From a virus (Duplodnaviria > Caudoviricetes), in the IMG/VR virus record IMGVR_UViG_3300042946_000581, positions 34,691 to 98,690 of that record: 64,000 nt of DNA. One strand, 5' to 3'. This document shows positions 56,346 to 64,000 of the stretch, piece by piece. A model generated the notes under the pieces. It did no database searches, was not told where the DNA came from, and saw nothing but the letters and a program-made list of their open reading frames with translations. Every line of letters starts with the position of its first letter. The first letter of the stretch is position 1. The position numbers and the translations under genes were made by a program.

Positions 56346-59136
56346 ACAAGAACAAATTGAAATGTTCCTTAATGGGAACGACCCCGAACAATTTATCGTA
56401 GCTGTAGAATACGATTACGCAACAGATTCCGTTTTTAAAATCAAAGAAATTCCTGGTAAAGGAAAAGAAATAAGAAAAGACACATTCACAGCCTTTGCTT
56501 GGGTTGGTGATTTACACGGTCTTAATTTCTATAAGTCATCCAAAGGTCTTCAAAAAGAAGCGATGACAAAACACGGAATATTAATAGAAAAATTACAAAC
56601 TGGCGACAATGAAAGATTGGAGAATGGACTTAAATTTATGGTTAAGTCCCTTAAAGGTTATAGAAACCTAATCCAATTCTTTAAAGAAGGTGGTGTTGAC
56701 CCTTGGGGTGAAAAAACCAAGGATTTAATATTAGTTCTACCCCCAGTTGAACAATACCTAATTCAAAAAGAAAAAAGATTATTTAAAGGTTATGAAGAAT
56801 ACAATGATGTAACAAGATTTGGATTCGACTTAGAAACTACTTCTTTAGAACCTAAAGATGGTAGAATCTTTATGATTGGAATAAAAACAAATAAAGGATT
56901 ACAAAAAGTAATTGAATGTTCAAATGAAGACCAAGAACGAGCTGGTTTAGTAGAATTCTTTAGACTAATTGATGAAATTAAACCAAGTATTATTGGTGGA
57001 TATAATTCATTCAACTTTGACTGGTATTGGATTATGGAAAGATGTAAAGCTCTACATTTGGATATTAAAAAGATTTGTAAAACTCTACATCCTGAATATA
57101 AATTTAAACAATCTAATGGGATGTTAAAGTTGGCCAACGAAGTTGAATCCTTTAATCAAGTTAGTATGTGGGGATACAATATTATAGATGTCCTACACTC
57201 AGTTAGACGAGCTCAAGCAATCAATTCAAGTATCAAATCAGCTGGTCTTAAATATATTACCCAATATATCAATACTGAAGCCAAAGACCGAGTTTATATT
57301 AACCATATAGATATTGCACCATTCTATTCAAAGAAAGAAGAGTATTGGTTGAATATTGAGAATGGCAAATATAGAAAAGTGGGTGTTGACCCCAAGATTG
57401 ATTCCATTTGTGAAAAACACGATAAAGTGTATATCAAAACAACTGGTGACAATCTTGTTGAGAGATATTTGGATGATGACTTGGAAGAAACCCTTAAAGT
57501 GGATGAAGAATTTAATCAAGGTACATTTATGTTGGCCTCAATGATTCCAACCACTTATGAGAGGGTTTCAACCATGGGAACGGCAACGATTTGGAAAATG
57601 TTGATGTTGGCTTGGTCTTATAAATACAAATTGGCAATTCCACAAAAAGAACAAAAGAAAGATTTTGTTGGGGGGTTATCAAGATTGTTTAAAGTTGGTT
57701 ATTCAAAGAATGTGTTAAAGCTTGACTTTTCTTCTCTATATCCATCAATACAATTGGTTCATGATGTATTCCCAACTTGTGATATAATGGGGGCAATGAA
57801 AGGTAAGTTAGGTTATTTTAGAAATGCCCGTATTAACTATAAGAACTTGGCGGCAGAGTGGTATGAAAAAGATAAGAAAAAATCTCTCTCTTATGATAGA
57901 AAACAACTCCCTATAAAGATTTTTATAAACTCGCTATTTGGTGCATTATCAGCTCCACAAGTATTTCCTTGGGGCGATATGTTTATGGGTGAACAGATTA
58001 CTTGCACTGGAAGACAATATCTTCGTCAGATGTCAAAGTTCTTTATTAAGAAGGGTTATACCCCACTTGTATGTGATACGGATGGTCAGAACTTCTCATT
58101 ACCTGAAGGTGGTGTTGATGACAGAGTTTATATAGGTAAAGGTCTTAATTGGAAAGTTAAGAAAGATAAAGAATATCGAGGTTATGATGCTGATGTTGCG
58201 GAGTTTAATGATATATTTATGAGGGGAGCAATGGCCCTTGATTGCGATGGTACTTGGAAATCTTGTATTAACTTGGCAAGGAAGAATTATGCCACAATGG
58301 AACATAATGGTAAAGTTAAACTTACAGGTAATTCAATCAAATCCAAAAAACTTCCATTATATATTGAGGATTTCTTGGATAAAGCTATCAAACTTTTATT
58401 AGAGGGTGAAGGTCAACAATTTGTTGAGTGGTATTATGAATACCTTACAAAGATATATAATAAAGAAATTCCACTCCTTAAAATTGCACAAAGAGCAAAA
58501 GTAAAATTAAGTATCAAAGATTATATTGATAGGTCAAAACAAACAACTAAATCAGGTGGTGCTATGTCTAGAATGGCTCATATGGAATTGGTAATTAAAC
58601 ACAATCTAAAAGTTAATCTTGGTGAAGTAATTTATTATGTTAATAATGGAACTAAAGCAAGTCACGGAGATGTACAAAAAGTAAACAAACCAAAAAAAGG
58701 ATGGAGTGAAGAACAATTAAAAACTTATTTCCAAAATACTAAAATTAATCCAGACCAAATTGATTCTGTTATTCAACTTAATTGTTATATGTTAAATTCA
58801 AACGACATTGAAAACAATCCTAATATGACTGGTGAATATAATGTCGCCAGAGCTATTACAACATTTAATAATCGTATTGAGCCTTTGTTAATTGTATTCA
58901 AACAAGATATTAGAGATAACTTAATTGTTGATAATCCTGAGAAAAGAACTTTCTTTACAAGTCAACAATGTGAATTAATTAATGGTGTTCCATTTGAAGA
59001 AAAAGACCAAGATAGAATCCAAGAAGACTTATTAGATTTAGAACCAAAGGAATTAGAGTATTGGGAAAAGAGAGGAATTGACCCCAACTATATCTATGAC
59101 TTGGCTGAAGAAGGATGGGAAAGATATATTGATTAA
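56338..59136 (+). CDS. polB: family B DNA polymerase with 3'-5' exonuclease
   Basis: FDLETT, GYNSFNFD, YLDDD, LDFSSLYPSI, K...NSLFG, CDTDG and KNYA motifs. Confidence 0.95.
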   Translation: MISQEQIEMFLNGNDPEQFIVAVEYDYATDSVFKIKEIPGKGKEIRKDTFTAFAWVGDLHGLNFYKSSKGLQKEAMTKHGILIEKLQTGDNERLENGLKFMVKSLKGYRNLIQFFKEGGVDPWGEKTKDLILVLPPVEQYLIQKEKRLFKGYEEYNDVTRFGFDLETTSLEPKDGRIFMIGIKTNKGLQKVIECSNEDQERAGLVEFFRLIDEIKPSIIGGYNSFNFDWYWIMERCKALHLDIKKICKTLHPEYKFKQSNGMLKLANEVESFNQVSMWGYNIIDVLHSVRRAQAINSSIKSAGLKYITQYINTEAKDRVYINHIDIAPFYSKKEEYWLNIENGKYRKVGVDPKIDSICEKHDKVYIKTTGDNLVERYLDDDLEETLKVDEEFNQGTFMLASMIPTTYERVSTMGTATIWKMLMLAWSYKYKLAIPQKEQKKDFVGGLSRLFKVGYSKNVLKLDFSSLYPSIQLVHDVFPTCDIMGAMKGKLGYFRNARINYKNLAAEWYEKDKKKSLSYDRKQLPIKIFINSLFGALSAPQVFPWGDMFMGEQITCTGRQYLRQMSKFFIKKGYTPLVCDTDGQNFSLPEGGVDDRVYIGKGLNWKVKKDKEYRGYDADVAEFNDIFMRGAMALDCDGTWKSCINLARKNYATMEHNGKVKLTGNSIKSKKLPLYIEDFLDKAIKLLLEGEGQQFVEWYYEYLTKIYNKEIPLLKIAQRAKVKLSIKDYIDRSKQTTKSGGAMSRMAHMELVIKHNLKVNLGEVIYYVNNGTKASHGDVQKVNKPKKGWSEEQLKTYFQNTKINPDQIDSVIQLNCYMLNSNDIENNPNMTGEYNVARAITTFNNRIEPLLIVFKQDIRDNLIVDNPEKRTFFTSQQCELINGVPFEEKDQDRIQEDLLDLEPKELEYWEKRGIDPNYIYDLAEEGWERYID

Positions 59137-59139
59137 AAT

Positions 59140-59172
59140 AAAAAACCCCACTCAAAAGGTGGGGTTAAATTT
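59140..59172. terminator. bidirectional intrinsic terminator
   Basis: AACCCCAC-tcaaaag-GTGGGGTT between convergent genes, with an A-run on the left. Confidence 0.75.
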
Positions 59173-59511
59173 TTATTCTAATTTCATTCCATCTGAGGAG
59201 ATTATATACCAACCACCTTCAAGGTATTCAAGTTCAACACAAGCGCCATTATCAATTTCAATTTCATCGTATTGTTCGTCAATCAAAGAATATTTTGGAA
59301 TAATACTTGTTTTGGTTAAGACTTTAATTTTAACAGATTCTGTGGTATAACCATCTAAAGTAATTGTACATTTATCAACATCTTTAACAATTAAAAGATA
59401 TTCACCATTTGTTTCATAAGTTGGTGTATTGACAATCTTTTTAATTTTGGTGGATGGTGATTGACCATATCTTAATGTTTTGGTAACTTCACCTATTTTT
59501 TTCTTTTCCAT
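59173..59511 (-). CDS. hypothetical beta-rich protein
   Basis: 112-aa ORF in the late operon. Confidence 0.6.
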   Translation of the reverse strand: MEKKKIGEVTKTLRYGQSPSTKIKKIVNTPTYETNGEYLLIVKDVDKCTITLDGYTTESVKIKVLTKTSIIPKYSLIDEQYDEIEIDNGACVELEYLEGGWYIISSDGMKLE

Positions 59512-59512
59512 A

Positions 59513-60115
59513 TTATTTAGATTTTACCATATTATAGATATATTCGGCAGCTTTATCAATATTATCAACACCCTTTCTAGTTAGTTCTGTTCTAATTATG
59601 TGTAACATATATTTAAATCTAGAAGCCGAAGGATTGTTACCATAACCTTTAAGTGGTGGGTGTTTTGAATCTAGAAGTCCCTTTTGGTTTAATTCTCTAA
59701 CTTTTCTTACACCAAACTCATCGGCAACTGCCTCATATTTCGCCATTGCTTCAGCCGCATCATCCAAAGGAACTTCGTTTAAATAAAGACCCATCATTTT
59801 TTCAGCACCATATTTTTTAAATTGATATTGATGTGCTAATTCGTGGAAGATAATAAAAAGAGCTTGAGTGGGATTATATTTTTTAAAAATTTGAGGGTTA
59901 ATAACTAATTTGTTATGTAAAGCTAACCCATCAGGACCCGATAACATTTCAAGCGAAACTTTTTTACAATCAGTTTTTTCAAATATTGATTTCACTTCAT
60001 CAATTAGTTCATCACTTAATTTTAATTCGTTTTTTAAGGTTTCAAGAAATTCATCCAAACCTTCAGTAGCTTCTAAAAGAAGTTTATATTGTGATTCTGT
60101 TATTATAATTTTCAT
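59513..60115 (-). CDS. HExxH zinc metallopeptidase (ImmA/IrrE-like) with an ITESQ leader
   Basis: IIFHELAHQYQ...YEAVADEFG; leader MKIIITESQYKLLLE. Confidence 0.7.
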   Translation of the reverse strand: MKIIITESQYKLLLEATEGLDEFLETLKNELKLSDELIDEVKSIFEKTDCKKVSLEMLSGPDGLALHNKLVINPQIFKKYNPTQALFIIFHELAHQYQFKKYGAEKMMGLYLNEVPLDDAAEAMAKYEAVADEFGVRKVRELNQKGLLDSKHPPLKGYGNNPSASRFKYMLHIIRTELTRKGVDNIDKAAEYIYNMVKSK

Positions 60116-61236
60116 TATATTACATATATTTGTCTAGGCATAGCTTGGAATTTCTTTACCTTGTTTAAGTTTTCAGCAATTAACGCTTCTCTCTCCATAA
60201 CCTTTTCTGGTCTTAGTCTTGTTAATTTACCTTCAGCACCAGTTAATTCTTCAAGTAATTTTGTTTTTTCATCCTTACCTTCAGTTGCTAAAGATTGGTA
60301 ATCCATTGTGAGTTCACTATCTGGTGTTTTGATATTACCACTAAACTTACCTCTAACTTTGGATAAAGTTTCCTTGGCTGTGGCAAAGAACCATTTACGT
60401 ACCCAAATTTGAGCTGGATTATTTAAATCAGTCCAACCAATTTTATTAAGTGGAACATCTGATGGTAATTTGATTATATCAGGATTTTTTTTCAAACAAT
60501 CATCTCTATCAGGACCATCAACTTCATAATACCAATACCAAACTCTACCACCCATTAAAGACCTATTACCAAAGTCAAATTTACCTCCAGGTGTTTGCAT
60601 AAGATGTATAGCTTTTTTACCTTCAGGTAGGGCTGTGATACGATAAGTCAAATCACCAGCAATAATTCTTCTTTGGATGTTGACTTCTTGCATCCTTAAT
60701 AACATATCAAAGACAGGCGCCATAAAATATGAACCGGTATTACCCAATTGGGCGAATCCACCAGGTCCACCTACACCGGTACCACCAAAAGCCCCAAATG
60801 AAAAGGCATCAAAAAAAATGTTATTTATTGTGCTAGGTGTAAACCATAATAATTCATTTATTTCTCTACCAGCAGGTATTTCATATATTTGTTGATTATG
60901 TACAAGTTGTATATAATCTTTCTTCATTACATTATCACCACCAGCTTGTAGGCCAACTATTTTTGAATATGCGTAAGAATAACGTTCTTCAAAATCAAAA
61001 CTTTTGGTGATGAATGCTTTGGTTAATGATTCTGTGTCTAAGTTTAAACCATATAATGATGACCATTGAGATTCAATTAACCAATCTTGGATATATTGAG
61101 AATAATCTTCAATTGATAAAGCTAATAATGAATCCAATTGTTCGTCTTCCAATTCAATACTTCTAAGAGGCGCACCTAATAGATGTCTCAATCTTGTGTA
61201 TAGTTGGGTTCTTTCTGGTTCAGGAATTATTGACAT
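60115..61236 (-). CDS. gp13-like neck/head-completion protein
   Basis: LRHLLGAPLRSIELEDEQLD N-terminus and W++K+..A..KE.L..VRGKFSG C-terminus, as in T4 gp13-type neck proteins. Confidence 0.75.
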   Translation of the reverse strand: MSIIPEPERTQLYTRLRHLLGAPLRSIELEDEQLDSLLALSIEDYSQYIQDWLIESQWSSLYGLNLDTESLTKAFITKSFDFEERYSYAYSKIVGLQAGGDNVMKKDYIQLVHNQQIYEIPAGREINELLWFTPSTINNIFFDAFSFGAFGGTGVGGPGGFAQLGNTGSYFMAPVFDMLLRMQEVNIQRRIIAGDLTYRITALPEGKKAIHLMQTPGGKFDFGNRSLMGGRVWYWYYEVDGPDRDDCLKKNPDIIKLPSDVPLNKIGWTDLNNPAQIWVRKWFFATAKETLSKVRGKFSGNIKTPDSELTMDYQSLATEGKDEKTKLLEELTGAEGKLTRLRPEKVMEREALIAENLNKVKKFQAMPRQIYVI

Positions 61237-61250
61237 AGTTAGTTTTTATC

Positions 61251-61259
61251 TATAAATAT
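61251..61259 (-). promoter_or_regulatory. putative late promoter ATATTTATA
   Basis: 14 nt before the ATG at 61236. Confidence 0.6.
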
Positions 61260-61263
61260 CAAA

Positions 61264-63984
61264 TTAACTATAAAGTAGTTTATTTATTTTATTTTTATAA
61301 AACCTAATAGCTTCAGAAATATTTTCATCGTTTATTCCCAATTCTTTTAATTTGTTTTTATAATAAGACATTCTTTCTTGATAGAGTTTAATTAATTGGT
61401 CTTTATCTTTTTCTAACCTTGGGTTTGTCTTACCTTTTAATTGTGGAGTCATTAACTCTATATTAGTCATATTTGTTTTAAAAGGTTCTTCATAATAGTA
61501 AATGTATTTAGGTATATTTACATCACCTTCAAGATTATTTCTTTTATAATTAGAATTTGGTGTTGTTATTATTTTTGAAAAATCATTATCAAAAATGATA
61601 TATTCTTTATTTTCTTGATTAACATAAACTATTAAATCAACATTTTCTTCTTTATATTTTGTGTGTTCATGCCAAGATGCTACCCTATAATACTTACCCC
61701 TATCAGAATTAAAAAGTTTAACATACCCTTCTTTTATAGATTTTATTTGGAAATGTATTGGTTCTTCATTTTCAAATTTTAAAACAATGTCTTGTCCTTT
61801 TATGGTGTCCGCTTTTGAACCCCCACAATTAAAATTAATTTTATATTCAATATCTTGTTTATATTTATCTAAACCAAAGGCTAAATTAATCATATCTCTA
61901 CCATATTCTTCATTTTTTAAACCTTGTTCAAAGTTTTCAATAGAGACTTTTGCCAATCTATCAATCCATTTTCCATCATTTGAAAATAAATCAACTCTAT
62001 TGTCATCAATCCATTGACGTAATGATATGGAGTATTTTTTTATTTTATTTTCAGTTTTAAATTTTTCAGCTTCTTCTTTATATATTTTTTCTATTTCACT
62101 ATGGACATTACTATTCGCATCCCATCTATTTACTAATGACCAATTACCTTTTCCACCATATCTTTCTTCAGTGTAGTCACCTCCAATAATACCAATATTA
62201 GTTGGACCACATTCTGGTATATTTAAATCACCTTTACAACCATTAACCCAACCTTCAATTGGATTATTACTATCACATTTATTATAAACACTTTGAATTA
62301 TACTGCGCATAGTTCTAAAATTTGGAAAATCAGATTTAGCTTCATTTAATAATTCCCTTTTTGTTATAGATTCAGTTAAATTAATTTTTGATAGGTATAG
62401 TCTATCCGATTTAAATTTAATATTTTCAGATTTGAAAATATAAGAATATCTTTCTTTGGATTGTCCCCCATCATCTTTCACCTCAACATTTTTAAAATCA
62501 AAAAATACATAGTTTTTAATATTATCAATAAATGCAAATATATTAATATTATTAGGTGTATATTTATTTTTACTTTTGAAAACATATTTTACTTGACCAT
62601 CAATATTAGTTTCATATAAATCTCTTGTTGGTTTAACTTGAATATATTCTGAGATATCCTCCCTTGTTAATTTCATATCTTGACCTTTATATTTGTCTCT
62701 AACATCACCATCACAAAATCTAGTAATATTTGAGTTACCATATTCTTTATTCAAGATTTCAAGAGCCAAACTTTCACGAGATGAACCATAATCTAAAGTA
62801 CCCTTTTTAGTTTGGGGATTCATTATAAAATCAGCTAATTCACTAGTAAACATACCATCATCACTTAGTAATGTTTTTTTCAATTTAAAAAACCAACTAA
62901 TAAAATCTAATCCCTCCTTATTGTATTTTTCAAAATATTCTAATATTTTATCACTAACTTTGGTATTAGCATCAAACCAATTTATAACTGACCATTCACC
63001 AATTCCACCTCTTTGACTTACAGCATATTTACCACCTATTACACCATAGTTTGTTTCACAGTCATTAGTTTTAATTTTTCCAAAACAAGGTTCTGTTATG
63101 TGTGTGTCTTTATTATAGTCATTAATAATTTCAGGTGAACATTTTGGATATACTTTAGGTAACATCACATCAAATACCTTTGGATTAATTCTACCATTTT
63201 CCTTAATAAATTCAGTAACCTTACCAAAATCTTTTACTGGGTTGTATTTGAAATTTTTGTATGAACCTTCTTCAGTAATAACTTTATTAGATTTTATAGA
63301 TTCTTTTAATTTTGTTTTTAGTTTTGATAAATAAACATCATTAACAAATTCCCAATTCACAACATCCCAAAATCTTTTAATATATTCATCTCTCTTACTT
63401 TGATATTTCAAATAATAGGCGTGTTCCCACAAATCCAATCCCAATAAAGGATAACCACCATCAATGTCATTCATTTGGGGATTATCTTGATTTGGTGTTG
63501 TCATAATTTTTAATCTATTGTTTTTGGTTAATACCAACCAAGCCCAACCTGACCCAAATCTTCCAATAGATTCTTCTTCAAATTTTTTCTTAAATTCTTT
63601 GTAAGAACCAAATTCTTTATTTATTTTGGTTAATATTTCTCCTTTGATTGTTTGTTTATCAGGTGATAACATTTTCCAAAATAATGAATGGTTGTAAGCC
63701 CCACCACCATTATTTCTAATTACTTTTGGATATCTTGTAATTGATTTAATTATATCTTCCAATTCAACATTACCATAGTTCTTTTTTGATAAGGCATCGT
63801 TAAGTTTTTTAACATATCCTTTATAGTGTTTGTTGTAATGAACATTCATTGTTTTTACATCAATGAATCTGGTTAATGAGTCATAACCATAAGGTAATTT
63901 ATCAATACCAATCTTTTTGGCTTCAGTTATTAAACTTTCACCTAATAATATAGTTTCTTTTAATAGTTCTAATTTCTTTTCCAT
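61264..63984 (-). CDS. sodA: Mn/Fe superoxide dismutase fused to two tandem PD-(D/E)XK-like domains
   Basis: LPYGYDSL, HYNKH, NNGGG.YNHSLFW, FGSGWAWL, NQD and DLWEHAYY motifs, then two ~300-aa repeats with E...D..GQD...Q[VI]K. Confidence 0.8.
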   Translation of the reverse strand: MEKKLELLKETILLGESLITEAKKIGIDKLPYGYDSLTRFIDVKTMNVHYNKHYKGYVKKLNDALSKKNYGNVELEDIIKSITRYPKVIRNNGGGAYNHSLFWKMLSPDKQTIKGEILTKINKEFGSYKEFKKKFEEESIGRFGSGWAWLVLTKNNRLKIMTTPNQDNPQMNDIDGGYPLLGLDLWEHAYYLKYQSKRDEYIKRFWDVVNWEFVNDVYLSKLKTKLKESIKSNKVITEEGSYKNFKYNPVKDFGKVTEFIKENGRINPKVFDVMLPKVYPKCSPEIINDYNKDTHITEPCFGKIKTNDCETNYGVIGGKYAVSQRGGIGEWSVINWFDANTKVSDKILEYFEKYNKEGLDFISWFFKLKKTLLSDDGMFTSELADFIMNPQTKKGTLDYGSSRESLALEILNKEYGNSNITRFCDGDVRDKYKGQDMKLTREDISEYIQVKPTRDLYETNIDGQVKYVFKSKNKYTPNNINIFAFIDNIKNYVFFDFKNVEVKDDGGQSKERYSYIFKSENIKFKSDRLYLSKINLTESITKRELLNEAKSDFPNFRTMRSIIQSVYNKCDSNNPIEGWVNGCKGDLNIPECGPTNIGIIGGDYTEERYGGKGNWSLVNRWDANSNVHSEIEKIYKEEAEKFKTENKIKKYSISLRQWIDDNRVDLFSNDGKWIDRLAKVSIENFEQGLKNEEYGRDMINLAFGLDKYKQDIEYKINFNCGGSKADTIKGQDIVLKFENEEPIHFQIKSIKEGYVKLFNSDRGKYYRVASWHEHTKYKEENVDLIVYVNQENKEYIIFDNDFSKIITTPNSNYKRNNLEGDVNIPKYIYYYEEPFKTNMTNIELMTPQLKGKTNPRLEKDKDQLIKLYQERMSYYKNKLKELGINDENISEAIRFYKNKINKLLYS

Positions 63985-63988
63985 AAAA

Positions 63989-63997
63989 TATAAATAT
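63989..63997 (-). promoter_or_regulatory. putative late promoter ATATTTATA
   Basis: Immediately upstream of the ATG at 63984. Confidence 0.55.
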
Positions 63998-64000
63998 CTT

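Noticed and set aside
1-64000. Alternative genetic code (TAG or TGA recoding), as in some large phages
   Set aside because: Conserved genes (polB, phoH, dut, SOD) are full length in the standard code and coding density is already very high.
1-64000. tRNA, rRNA, integrase, intron or intein
   Set aside because: No cloverleaf or T-arm signature was seen in the short intergenic gaps, and polB and the other core genes show no intervening sequences.

Overview
A very AT-rich, densely coding 64-kb piece of a large T4-like (jumbo) bacteriophage genome in the standard genetic code. The host is probably a Bacteroidota bacterium: TTTG-N19/20-TANNTTTG promoters, a T9SS C-terminal-domain protein and A-rich leaders without Shine-Dalgarno sites. 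Recognisable core genes are a family-B DNA polymerase, a gp55-like late sigma factor, a gp13-like neck protein, a gp5-like baseplate hub, PhoH, dUTPase and a PolB-type exonuclease. Accessory content is two glycosylation clusters (about 20 glycosyltransferase, methyltransferase, WbqC, PIG-L, GT60 and HtrL-like genes) and many Cys-, Pro/Thr- or repeat-rich virion or fibre proteins. The main hypotheses are: (1) a family of payload proteins with basic leaders ending in [ILV]-x-E, apparently capsid-targeted and protease-processed, including an MnSOD plus two nuclease-like domains in one polyprotein; (2) a phage mucin-type O-glycosylation system (GT60 beside PT-repeat virion proteins); (3) a 16-bp inverted repeat that would hide the DNA polymerase start codon only on read-through transcripts; (4) a structured ncRNA of about 150 nt behind two promoters; (5) a late promoter motif that is the reverse complement of the T4 one. 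All family assignments come from motif recognition by eye; no database searches were run.
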